64,000 nt of DNA from Camelus dromedarius (taxonomy: Eukaryota): the NCBI RefSeq assembly GCF_036321535.1, contig NC_087451.1, forward strand, positions 49,786,001 through 49,850,000, given 5' to 3'. Under the pieces are notes generated by a model that did not search any database, was not told the origin of the DNA, and worked only from the letters and a program-made list of their open reading frames with translations. Position numbers and translations under genes: made by a program. This document shows positions 22,553 through 34,890 of the stretch, one piece after another. The first letter of the stretch is position 1, and the number at the start of each line of letters is the position of its first letter.

Positions 22553-25229
22553 AAAAAGTATTTAGTCAGTTTCACTCAGTCTGAAGGAGTTAAGTTCCTG
22601 TGTGCCTCGTACTTCTGGGGCTGGAGGTCAGCAGTCACCTCTTGGAAGGAATTTCCATCAATGTGGTATATGAAAAAATTTTGACACACACTTGTATAAA
22701 AAAAAATGTCAGAGTAGCAGCTGAGTTTGAAACACAATGTATAATAATGCACTTAAAATGGGCATTCACATCAAGCAGCATGAGAGCAGTGTTCATACCT
22801 GTTAGGTTTAAGTGGCAGCTGAAACACGTGCCAGGTTATGTATCTGCCAGGCACAGATACAGCATCTTACATTGTAATCAGGATTCTCCCACGTCTTGGG
22901 ATTCACATTTTGGGAGTGAGAGTTACTGTTTACCAGAAATGTCATTCAAAGTCCAAATGAAGAAGCTCTGGCTTGACCAGCAGTCGGTGAGAAAGAATTA
23001 AGAGAGGCTGTCACCTGCCAGAGAGCCCTCCTTGTGTGGCTGGGACCGTGGAGTTCCCAAATCCAAGGCAGCTGGGGGGTCAGACAAGGAAGCTTGCCTT
23101 TAGGTCTCTGGGCTGGTTTCTCTTTGCTGGTGGAGCCACCTGTCTTTAGAGCTCCCTGCTGCTCCATCTCTGCTGAGCTGATCTTTATGCTAAATCAAAA
23201 TTTTTAACTGGCTTTCTCTTTGTGAATCATAAATTCTAGAACAGAAAACGTGTGTCGTTCTGGAAAGTGTGAGAAACGGGGACAGACATATGTGTTGCTT
23301 CACTGGGTGCTCGTTTAGAGAAGGAAGACACTGTCCTCTGGTTGTGCACCAGCCCAGTATGGTTCCTGGTCTTTGCACAGCACCCCTGTGAGGATTAACG
23401 TCCGCCTGCTACCTCCGAGGAACAGTTCAGGTGCTGCTTGAATTGTATTTTCACTAAAGATCTCAAGAACAAAATGGAAATCCCTAGATTCTGATACTCC
23501 AAGCAAACCTAGTTCTGGGAGAACTGACAGATAAGGCTTTAGGTGAGCAGACAGTCCATCATCACCTTGCCTCACCTTAGATCAGTTCGCATGTACAGGG
23601 ATGCTTGGTGGGTGGTGTTCATGTCTTTCCTCTGTGTGTGATACTTAAGAGGTGCTTACATTAAGGGAGCACCCCGTCTGCATATCTTTACCCATTCATC
23701 AACACGAGTTCTTAAATTCCCCTCCAGCAGGTTGGAATCCCCTTCATTTTGTGGTTAGGATGGCTCTGTTAGGGTAACTCGTCTTAAAAAACAGAAACAA
23801 CAAAAAAGGCAACAGACCCTTCTGAGAGAGGGTATGGGGCTGTAGCAGACAAGGGTACAATGTCTGTCACAAAAGGTAACCTCTTTTGCTCATCAATGAG
23901 TCGTCTGTGCTTTGACTTCTCAAGGTCCTGGCGAAACAGGAGCCCAGCAGGCAGTGAGCTGGGCGGACCCCTCCATGCACTTCCAGCAGTGGGCAGTTTT
24001 GGGTAGAGGGCAGTGCAGCATAGGAAACCCTGGGCTGCAAGATGAAAATGTGGACTAGCGTGCTTCCGCTTTCAGGATCCAGTCTGAGGCCCCAGGGATG
24101 GTGGGATCCTCAAGCACTTTGACCTTTTGCCAGGATGGGAACAGAGAAGTGGCTCGAAGCATCAGGATTTGGTAGGTCTCGTTTTCCTACCCCACCCCAA
24201 ACCCCCCTCCCCACACAAAGCCCCAGAAGGAAGGAGCAACTTAGCCCTCTTCCCAACAATGCTGGAGCATCTCCCCCACCCACCTCAGGGCCCCCCGCCT
24301 CCGGGCTGTGTGGGAACCCTGACCCTTGAAGAAAAACTGCTGCCCTATGAACTGCCCCCATTCTCCTCAGATGCACCCAGGGCTGCGCTTTGACTGAACT
24401 CATCAATCCTTCCTTTGGAACCTGTTCTTCCAGCTTCATTTTCCTTCCCTTGTTTCCTTTCTTTCTAGAATTCTGAGAGCTGTACTGTTCATTGTTTCTA
24501 CCCATCATTATTAAGGGAGAGAGATGGAAACATTCCCATGGTAACAGTTTCATCTCAAAATATCTGAATGCCATTAGCTGCTTTCCCACTCCAGGGAGAA
24601 GACTAGATTCTTTCTCTTTTCCTTCCTCACCCTCAGAGTGCAGTTGACAGATCTTCTCTGCACTGCAGGGAGGCCTGCCCAGGTCAGGAAAAGAGGCAGG
24701 AAAGCCCAGAAAGCCAGATAGATCTGTTTCTTAGCTGACTTTACTTTCTGAACAAAGTGGAAACATTTCAAAAACTTAAAATTATATGGCGCTCACACGG
24801 ACCCAGAGAATTGCTGGGGGAAGAAGCACTGATGAAAATACTGACTTCTCCGGGGGAAAATCATCACCTGAGCACACATGAGCAGGTCCAGCCAGCACAG
24901 ACCCAGTTCAAAGCCCCCAGTGCCACACTGTCTTTCTCACTGCAGAGCAGCGTGGTTTGAGCCGATTCAGATGTATACGCCGATCATCGTTGGAGAGGCG
25001 GGGAGAGAGACAGTGGGACGAGAGAGCAGTATGCTTTATAGTCACGACAGCCTTTGTGGCTGATGAGGTTTTCATATTGAAATGGGATGAAATGGGCTAG
25101 GAGGAAATAGAACACTTTTGTCTTATTTTATGTATATTTGTGGGGTTTTTATCTTTTAAGAAATTTTTGTTTTGAAATAATTATAGGTTCACAGGAAGTT
25201 ACAAAAATAGTACAAAGAGGAGTACAGTT

Positions 25230-25430
25230 AAGTGGCAGGATGCAAAATGAATATACAAAAATCTGTTGCATTTCTATACACTAACAATGAGCTACAGAAA
25301 GAGAAATTAAGATTCTCATTTACAATTGCAGCAAAAAGAATAAAATACCTGGGGATAAATTTAACCAAGGAAGTGAAAGACTTGTTCACTGAAAGCTGTA
25401 TGACGCTGTTGAAAAAAAATTGAAGACATT
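25230..25430 (+). mobile_element. L1 ORF2 fragment (end of RT domain)
   Basis: ORF 25232-25423 reads KMNIQKSVAFLYTNN..FTIAAKRIKYLGINLTKEVKDL, which is classic L1 ORF2. Confidence 0.85.
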
Positions 25431-25474
25431 TTATCATACAGAGTCTTTTTGGGTCTTTCTCTGCCATCTATAGT

Positions 25475-25624
25475 TGGTTTTTGTGGTTTTTTTCTTAATT
25501 TTTAGGGGGGCAGGGGGAGGTTGTTGTTTTTTTTTTTTTTTTTTCCAGTGGAGGTGCTGGGGATTGCACCCAGAACCTTGTGCATGCTAAGCATGCGCTC
25601 TAGCATTTGAGCTACACCCTCCCC
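25475..25624 (-). mobile_element. vic-1-like SINE
   Basis: tggaggtgctggggattgcacccagaaccttgtgcatgctaagcatgcgctctagcatttgagctacaccc plus a T-rich tail on the left. Confidence 0.85.
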
Positions 25625-25639
25625 CCATCGTCGCTGAAT

Positions 25640-25745
25640 CTTTTCTCACAATGCCTTCCCATCATGAGCGGCTGTTGGATTTTGCCTGCTGCTTCTTCTG
25701 TATCTGTTGATATGGTCATCTGATTTTCCTCCTTCAGCTCACTCA
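25640..25745 (-). mobile_element. L1 ORF2 RT fragment
   Basis: Minus-strand translation NQMTISTDTEEAAGKIQQPLM resembles L1 [21 protein letters not shown]. Confidence 0.7.
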
Positions 25746-25769
25746 CGAAACATGTATACTTGTTATCTC

Positions 25770-26339
25770 ACCATTTAGATGGGCCAGAAATTGAGCAGTT
25801 TAGTCAGGTGGTTCTGGTTCACCATCTCTTGTGGTCATCAGAAGGCTGCGCTCGGGCCTCAGGACCCCTTTCCAGGACAGCTCGCGCCTACTGCTGTTGG
25901 CAGGAGGCCTCAGTCCTCACTCACCACAGGGGCCTCTTCCCACAGGGCTGCTTGAGTTACATGACATCTCCCTTCACCACAAGAGCAAGCAATTCAAGAG
26001 ATGGAGAACGAGGAGGACGCTGCATTTTCTTTCATGACCTCAGAGGAGGCATACATTGCTTCTGCCATATTCTGGTTGTTTTTTGTTGGTGGTGGGGGGG
26101 GTGGGGGTAATTAGGTTTGTTTGTTTGTTTGTTTAATGGAGCTACTGGGGATTGAACCCAGGACCTTGTGCGTGCTAAGCACACGCTCTACCACTGAGCT
26201 ATACTCTCCCCCTTGCCATACTCTGTTTATTAGAAGTGAGTCACTAAGTCCAGCCCACACTTAGGGGAAGGGAGTCAAGCTCCACCTCTTGAAGGAAGGA
26301 ATACCAAAGACTTGGGAACATATTTTAAAATCCATTGCA
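25770..26339 (-). mobile_element. MLT1F-like MaLR solo LTR, interrupted by a SINE
   Basis: gagtcactaagtccagcccacact..ctccacctcttgaaggaagga..catattttaaaatcca matches the antisense MLT1F/G 5' end. Confidence 0.75.
26078..26213 (-). mobile_element. vic-1-like SINE, long form
   Basis: tRNA-Ala head, (AAAC)n spacer and cctaattacccc module. TSD tgccatattctggtt (26063-26077) / tgccatactctgttt (26214-26228). Confidence 0.88.
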
Positions 26340-27077
26340 TCATGGTAGTTATGGAAAAGAATGAGGCAGCGCATCGTATACTGATATGAAACAATCTCTA
26401 AAATACATACCCAGTGAAAACAGCAAGTTGCAGAGCAGTGAGTAAGTCTGGATGCCATTTGTGGTTTAAAAAAGCAATGAGGGATATATATGCAAATATA
26501 CACACACACGGTTCCATATACTGTTACCTCTTAGATCATCTATCTTAGATTATTAACGTCAGATTATCTCTTAGAGAATACACAATAAGCTGGCCTCGAG
26601 GTAGGGGGGAGATTTGCTTCTGTCTGAATTTTATTTGTGCAAGTATTATTCTTCTATAATAAAATAAAATTTAATTTAAAAAATAGATGAAAATAACACA
26701 GAAATGAATGACATTACTGAAAGAATTCAGAGTAGAAGGATGACCAGTTTGGGTGGAATTAATTGGAAAAAGCTACCAGAGTGGGACGTTTTCTGGGGGA
26801 CTGGTTTACTTGCTTGCTTGCGTGTTTTCTTTGAAGCTTTCCTCGAAGCCACGTGTTGAGACAGGAGGCTATAAGCAAGATGTTCCAGGAATATAGACTG
26901 AGCTCTCTGGAGGAGGGCACTTGGGAGAGGGCTTCCTCAGGCTCCCACACCAGGTATACCTGCATTTGTACGTATCTGTCGTACTTTCTCTCCTGTTACT
27001 ACGGATAAACTGTCCACAGGGCAGCCCCGTTACTTCAGCACTGGATTCCCGCCCCTCTGTGTACATCCTCCAGCAAT

Positions 27078-27108
<31 letters not shown>

Positions 27109-27329
27109 TCCCACACACACACTTTCTCTCTCTCCCCGTCACCCCTGGAAACTTCAACTTTTTTTTTTTTTCTCCCGGATATTTCCATACAAATATATTG
27201 CTGTTTTTAACACCTGAAAAAATTATCTTGTCCTCATTCTTCTGTTCCCTTTTTTTACAATAGCATTGCTGGAAAGTCTCTCCAATGTTTTCTCCTGTTC
27301 TCTCTTTTTTTTTTTTTTCTTTTCCATAT

Positions 27330-27875
27330 CTATAGTTTATTTTTCATGCAAGTGTAATTGATTTATAAGTTGTCTCTTTTTAAAACTTGAGATGTGATTC
27401 ACCCACCATGAAATTCACCTGTCTAAAGTGTATAATTCTTTGGTGTTTAACGTAGTCACAGAGCTGCACAACTGACTATCACCACTGTTTAATTCAAGAA
27501 CACTTCATTTATGGGAGTTAGGGAGCCAACTGCATTCTTTTGCATGTGGATATTCAGTTTTCCCAGCACCATTTGTTGAAAAAGCTATCCTTTTCCTATT
27601 GAATGGTCTTCTCTAGATCCATCCATGTTGCTGCAGATGGCGATATTTCATTCCTTTTTTTATAGCTGAGTAGGATTCCATTGTGTGCCTGTGTGTGTGT
27701 GTGACATCTTAAACCAGTTGTCTGTTGATGGGCACTTGAGTTGTTTCCATGTCTTGGCTATTGTAAACAGTGCTGCTGTGAACATTGAGATCCATGTGTC
27801 TTTTTGATTTAGAATTTTCATTTTTCTGGATATCAGCCCAGGAGTGGGATTGCTGGGTCACAAGGTAGCTTTCCT
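27330..27875 (-). mobile_element. Composite L1 fragments (L1MB/L1MA-like)
   Basis: catgaaattcacctgtctaaagtgtataattc; gcatgtggatattcagttttcccagcaccatttgttgaaaa; gatccatccatgttgctgcagatggc; ggagtgggattgctgggtca. Confidence 0.75.
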
Positions 27876-29109
27876 ATCCTGAATTCTTGCTTTATTTTTC
27901 TCTGTACCTCTTATCACTATCTTGTATACTTTTTATATAATTAATTTTGTTAGCTGTTAGTCTCCCCAGCACTGTCAGCTCAGTGAGGGCGGCATTTTTG
28001 TTTGTGGTGTTCACCACTTTACTCTCAGCTCCTTGCGCAGTGCCTGGCACATAGCAAACACTCAAGACATTTGTTTAGTGAGTGCATAACAAGAGTCTGT
28101 TTGCACAATGGGTGGGTGGGAGAGTGTAAAAAAAGGAGGGGAAATTAGCACATTTTATAGAGCTGTTTCCAAAGTCCTTTCCACATATTTAATTCTTGTA
28201 TCCAAGAGGTATAGTATTATTATCATCCCCATTAAAAATAGAACTTTTGCTAAAGGAGTTTGGGTAACCAGTCACAGACCCGGTTAAGTAGCAGGACTGA
28301 GACTTGAACCAAAGCCCTCTGTCAGTTACCTGGATTGAGGCTGGTACCCCGTTACCTTAAGCTCCTTTTGGCTTTGATTTTGCTCCTGACCATTTCGCAA
28401 AAGAAGGAGCAGAGCTTTTGCCACGGACTTGGTAGAAGCACTTCCACATTTCCGAGTTACAGCATCCTATGAAAACTCCAGCCTGACAGAGTGAGCGCAC
28501 CACCTGCAGATGCCCAGGAGAGCCCGAGACTTATTTTTAGCCAGAATAGGGAAAATGCCGAATATCTTCCAGGAGAGTTGGCAGCTGGCGGACTGCTGAT
28601 ACAGCTGTGTTTATGTAAGCTGGTGGCAGAGGAGAGTACGAGGGTTAGAAAGGAGGCCGGAGGTGCTGAATCCACCGCTCGTTCTGACATCCAGTGCCTT
28701 TTTGCAGGGAAGTGGTGGGTGGTTGCCAGGGGTTGAGGGTTGCACAGATAATTTGGAGATTGCAGGGCGCGTGGGCACAGCTGGCTCCCCCTGTGTCAGA
28801 GCACTCGTCAGAGCGGTCCCTTAGGAGATCTGTCCACCGGTTCCTGGCCTCTTCCCACCCTGTTATCCAGGAGTAAATAAAAGAACAGAAGCTCATTCAG
28901 ATGGTACAGCTGTAAAGCACAGTAGTTCATCTGACTGTGACCGTGTTTCTCAGATGTTCCAGATGAAAGTGATCCCTAACACTCCATCCTACAGAAGTTG
29001 TCAAACAGTGGGCACCTGTTTTCTCATAGAGGCAGAGAAGGAAGCTTTAAAAGAGTCGTCTGCAGGCTCTATTAAGGAGAATCAAGATTGAAGCTTTTTC
29101 TAGTAGAGA

Positions 29110-29800
29110 TTTTTTTACCTTTAATTATGAAAATGTTCAAATAGAAACAGAAATAAAGCAAACAGCATAATGAACCCTCGTGTACCCATCAGCCACCTTT
29201 CACAATTATCAACATGGCCAGTCTTATTTCATCTGTTCCCCCACCCACTCTGAAGTTATTTTGAACTAATCCCAGACAGCACATCATTTCTTCTGAAAAT
29301 GTTTCAGTGTGTACTGCTAAAATATAGGGAATAAAAAAAAAAAAAACCACGATACCATTTTCACACTTTAAAAAAAATAAACAATTTCTTAAGATCAAAA
29401 TACAGTGTTCAGCTATCCCCAATTGTCTAAACAAGTTTTTTTTTTCCCACTTTGTTTAAACCAGGATCCAAAAAAAGATTCATCTCTTTCCCTTTCTCCT
29501 TTGCAATTTACTGCTGAAGAAACGAGTTCATTTGTCCTGTAGAGTGTTCCACGGTCTGAATTTCTCTGATTGCATCCCTGTGGTGGTGGTCAACATATTC
29601 CTCTGTAAATTTATTTGTTAACTACCAATTTGTTTCCTGTAAATTGGTGGTTAGATCTAGAGACTGGATCAGGCTCAGATTCAGTTCTGTGGCAAAAATA
29701 CTTCATAGATGGTGCTGTGTACTTCATCAGAGGCAGCGAATGCCTGGTTTCCTTTTGTGATGTTGGCAACCTAGAATCATTGCCTAGACCCCATTAATTG
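29110..29800 (-). mobile_element. Old L1 (L1MC/L1ME) 3' fragment
   Basis: ttaattatgaaaatgttcaaatag..aatgaaccctcgtgtacccatc..ctaatcccagacagcacatcatttc. Confidence 0.65.
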
Positions 29801-32800
29801 ACTAATGAGTGCCTAGTGCATTTTAAGGAACAAGTGTGGCTGCAATGGCTGTCTCTGAGTAATACAATCAGAAAAGCATTTCCTGGAAAATGTGTTGTTC
29901 GTTTCATTGGTATTTCCCAGTCATGAGGACAGCCCTGGACGGCCTGGTGGCTGCACCACGGTGCTGGTCTGGAGCCCCTTAGGGAACCGCCTACCCTAGG
30001 CTTTGTGTGCCTTGGTTGGCTCTGCGGGGTGTTGTGGCTGTTTTCCCCCACTAGAGGACACTGTGGCTCCGAGACTTCATGTGGTTCCCAGCCAGTCTTG
30101 GCAGCTCTCAGAATCCAAGCCATTGGCGTGCATTTATTCGGCACCAACTGTGTGCCTCGTGTATCAAGGAGAGAAAGAGGTCAAACACGAAGTCTGATGA
30201 CACTGTTTCTCAAGCTAGTTTTCTTTGTATTTAGGTACTTCTCCATCTGTTGGAAACCACTTTATCCCCCCACAGGGTGGCTGCCTCCTGCTGTAAACTG
30301 CAAATTTGGTTCCTTGGTGTTGGATTTAAAAAAAAAAAAAAAACCTGCAATAACCAGTATATGAGCTTTTTGGAATGTGAATGTATCCAATAAAGATGCC
30401 AAAGTATATTCATTTCTGAAATAATATATTCATTTATTCAACACCAAGTATTGAAGATCCAAGGGGAAGGGGAGGGGCACTGATGTTGACTGAGAGGTAC
30501 TCTGTGCCAGGCCCTGTATCATTCTTCTCACCTACATGCTGGCGAGCTGGGTCACATTAGCCTCATTCAAGTCCACCGAATCTGAGGCTCACTGAGCCTA
30601 AGTGAACTAACCTGCTGGAGGTTATCCTGCCAGATACAAAAGGAGGTCTCTATGAATAAAAATATATGCTTTCCACTAAACCCCTGGATATCAGGCTGAC
30701 AGGCATGGTTCTAAGTGGTAGAGAGTGTGGGGTAATTCCAAAGGCATCCTGTCCTCTGGGGGCCATGATACAGCACAGAATTTACAGCAAATGGACAATT
30801 ACAAGTTCCCTAATAAGTGGTCATCCTCACGACAGGCAGACTCTGCTTGCTCTGATGCTGTTCTTAGGCAGGAGGAGGCCAGTAACCACTAGTAAATGAG
30901 CATCACTGGGTGCTGCAGTAGGAATGCCTTTGTGTTGACTGCCCACTTGTCCTCACCCCATCTGCCCTGCAACCAAGGCTTTCAGGGGCATCCGTGTGGT
31001 TCAGGCAATGACCAACCAGTCCACCTGAAATATGTAGCAAAGCCAAGACAGACGTACCCCCTACTGCTCACAGTCTAGTTTCACAGAGGAAGACAAAGGC
31101 AGACACATGTGTTATCGGGGGAAAGCAATGGCTCTTGAAAATTCTGTGCTGATGTAGCAAATAATTTCAAATGCCCTTCCCATTATTCATATTTTCAAAC
31201 CCACTCCCAGCCTCATCCCGATTACCTCACAGTTCAGCTCTGCCAGCACAACCAAACTCACATCGTGGGAACCTAAGCCGTGTAATTGACTAAACACGGT
31301 GAGTTACATTAAGGAGAGAGAATGGCAGCTGGCAGTTGGGAAAGTGAACTGGCTTAAGCTGGGAAAGAAGATACAGGTGGCTGGTGTCTAAAGAAACAGA
31401 GCTAGGAGTGCTTGGGGAGGCTCCACTGTGATCACCACCTCAACCTCAGGCAATCAGAGCTTCAGGGTTCTTGGGGGAGAGGACGGGCATGGGTGTGCTC
31501 CTCCAGACAAGCCCCAGGATAATGAATGAGCCATCAGCCAGCGCCTTTGCTCTCCAGTGAACAGACCTCCCCCTGCAGACCGTGCCTCTGCAGATACAAT
31601 TGTGCCCCAGGAGCCATCTGGCAAATGTTCCCACTCCTTCGGCGTTTCTGGTATTTCCCTGACTCGCAGCCCCTTTCTCTTGGATATAAATTGTTGCAGC
31701 AAGCCAAGCCTGCAGAACGCCTCACAGGCTTTCCCTGAGCCTGGTTAACCCCATGGCTCACAGCCTATGAGGCTGTTCACAGCTAACCGATGCTTGGATG
31801 CGTGCGTTTCTCTTTTCTGCCGTTCTTGTGTATTTGGGAGTATGCAGAGCAGGCATCCAAGCTGCAGACTGGAGCTGCAGCAACCAGATTGAGAGGCTGG
31901 GGGAAAAGCACATTTCCGCTGCAGGACGTCCTTCACGGAGAAGGGACAGGTTAACTCCATCTCTCTGCAGAGGACAGCTCCCCGAGGAGCCACAACAGGC
32001 CACCACAGCTGTAGGACAGATCACGTGCTCCAGCCGCACGCGGGAGGCTGCCCAGCAAACCCAGACTCCCCACGCCAGCCAGCCACCGGGCCCCATTTTG
32101 CACAAAGCCACGTTCCGCCTCTGATCCAGCTCCGGATGGTGTGCAAGGCTAGAGAATTGTGGGTCACCTTGGAGCCACTCAAGCCAGCCCCCTATTTCCA
32201 CCTGCGTTACTGATCCTAATTTAGAGAACAGATAAAGGCAGGAAATGGAAAGGGAGACTGTTAGTCTCATCTCCTTGGTAGTGTGCTTTTATGGGCAGGG
32301 AGGCCGAGTTGAGCCATCAACCATAAGCCCCTCACCCCCATCCAGGGAGTACCAGATTGTCCCAAAGGGATGTGAGAGGAAGCAGCCAGTGCAAAGACTC
32401 CCAGAATATCACCATCGCCTGAACAACGAGCGGGCAGTTTCCATGCAGATTCACACCTTCCTGCCTTAGTACACACAGTTCCCTTCGTCTTGAACGCGTC
32501 AAGCCTCATCCACCTGGCCAGCTTCTACTTGGTCTTGTAAGATTCAGCTCCAGCATCATTTGCTTGGACCCCCTTTCTGTCGCCACCTGCTTTGCATACA
32601 TCTCTGCCCAGTACCCATCATATTGTACCTGCAGATTTTTTTAGCATGTCTCCTCCACCCGTCTTAGACTTCACTGAGGCCGGAGGCTATGTCTCATTCA
32701 TCTCTGTATCTGGAGCCTCAGTCCATAAAGATGTTTATCAGCAGGGTTTTGGAAGGAAAAATCAGAGATTATGAAATTTCCAGATAAATTCTTCTGCTGA

Positions 32801-33044
32801 AATCTCCTAGTCCCCACCCCCTACATGTTTCACAAAGGATAAAACTGAGGCTAGGAAACTGTGCCCTCCCCAGAGCCACATGGCTGAATAGTGACAGAGC
32901 TGGAACAGGAACCAGGTCTGCTGAGGAATCACGTCCTGACCTGTATTCCCCCATCCAGCCTGGGTGGAAGGGCTGATCCGAAATGAACAGGCTTCTGGGC
33001 AAGTGGCAGGAGGGCAAAGGATTAGAGTGATAACAATTGAATTT

Positions 33045-33185
33045 CAGAGCTGGAAGCGGTGTCACAAGTCATCTAGTCTGACCTCTGCATTTGCAGATGA
33101 GAACATGGAGGCCCACGGGGTTGAGCTGCTTTGCCCAAGGTCACACCACAAGCTGGTGGCAGAACCAGGACGAGAATTCCCTAAC
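33045..33185 (-). mobile_element. MIR SINE
   Basis: catttgcagatgagaacatggaggcc..ttgcccaaggtcacac..gtggcagaaccagga. Confidence 0.7.
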
Positions 33186-34624
33186 CCCCGGGAGAGCCAG
33201 CCTCCCACCCAAGAAAGCCGCTGGACAAAGCCCTCCCTGACCAGCTGCTCTCCGAGGGGCATTTCCCTGGAGTCCTTGACTCTTCTGGGCTTTTCTTTCC
33301 CTCTCTTGGTGGCACAGGGCTTAAGTAGGGTGCGTTCTGCATAAATAATAAAGCCTGCTTCCCTTCCAGGGAGGAAGGCCACGTCTGGGCGGGCAGCGTG
33401 ACAGATGGTATTTACAACGTGCGCCGAGAAGTTCTCACACAGCCTCACTCGGGCTGTGTGGCTGAGAGATGCAGGAAACAGATTTGAGTGCCCACTGTCT
33501 CACTCCTCTGCCTGGCGTTCCCAGGCAGCTGCCGCCGCCGCCGCTGGTTTCTGTTCTGTCTCCCTGCGCTGGGGGCCTCTTGCTGTTCTGGATACAGAGA
33601 TCCAGGATGTTTTGCAGCTGCGGCTGCTGCTGCATTCTCATCAGCAGAGAGCCTGCTCCATGGACCTCACGGCATTTCCCACCGTAGCCCCTCGCCAGAG
33701 TAGGTGCCAGATGAATTGACATTCTTCCTAAAGGAGGCCAAGGAAGTCCTCTGAGGCCAAACACCGGACAGAGTTCCCAGGAACTGTGACAGCTGGGAGC
33801 TCTTCCCCAGGCCTGGACAAGAGTAGCATTGGGAGACAGGTTTGCTCATTGAGCAGATAAATGCTGTGAACCTGCTCTGTGCCAGGACTCGTTCTAGGAG
33901 TCAAAGATTCTGCGGTAAGCAAACAAAACCAAGTCCTCGTGGAGTGGAGTGGACACTCGAGCAGGAAGGTTTACCATGGGCCTCACGGCAAATTGCCTCC
34001 AGACTCTCCCCGTCCCTTGTGCTCCACGCTGGGCATCCTCATGTCTGGCTCTGGGCGGTGGGGAAGGGCAGCCAACCATCCCCCCTCCTCCTGGGGACAC
34101 CGATTGCACACGTCGCTTAAGACAGACGAAGTGGAAAAACAATCCAATGGCTTTTGCGCCACAGCCAGAGACACCCCCAGAGTTCTGGCTCACACCAGCC
34201 TGGACCAGCCCCACCTGGGCGCCCTGATTTAGCCCCACCCGCTTGCCCTGGGAGAAGAGAAGCCCACTGCGGGCAGAGGTCTGGGCCAAGTGCTCTCACC
34301 ACCGCAGGGGCTTTTGTCTTTCACTCTTGAAATAAGAAATTTGGTGAGGGGAATGGAGAATCAAACCTGCTCTGGGCCCAGGGATTTTACCTTCCCCGTT
34401 TGTCCCTGTTCTGCTATCCAGAAAAGGCCGGCGTTTTGAGGATGAAATGAAATGACAGATGTGTAAGTGCTTTGAAATAAAGGCAGCAGGGATACAACTG
34501 TATTTTTATTATGCAGAAGAATCCTTTCTCCATAACATAAAACTTGTTTCCTGTTGAGGGCTGAGAGTAATAACTATGTAATTAGACTCCATGTCAGATC
34601 AAGAGACATGCTCTATTTCTCATT

Positions 34625-34890
34625 AAACATTTGTTCACCACCTACAGTGTACAATGTTGTGTATTGTGAGAGGTGCAAAACTGAATAATAATCTCACCTT
34701 CAAGGAATATATATTCTTGTACAAGGAAGATAAAACTTAGATAATATAATGCAAGGTCAAAAGAAAACAGTGATCCAGAGGAAGGAGTGGTCCTATCCAG
34801 GCATGGAGGGTTGAGGAAAGTCTTCTGAAGGAAAGAGCATTCGTCAGAGAGATGCACATGGTTGAACTGGGAAGTGCTGTTTACCAAGGA
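34625..34890 (-). mobile_element. L2 LINE 3' fragment
   Basis: Antisense L2 tail cattaaacatttgttcacc..ctcaccttcaaggaatatatattc. Confidence 0.55.

Noticed and set aside
25140-25745. Oppositely oriented adjacent L1 ORF2 fragments suggesting twin-priming inversion
   Set aside because: The arrangement is convergent, the pieces are old and interrupted by a SINE, and no shared TSD was found; independent fragments or later rearrangement is equally likely.
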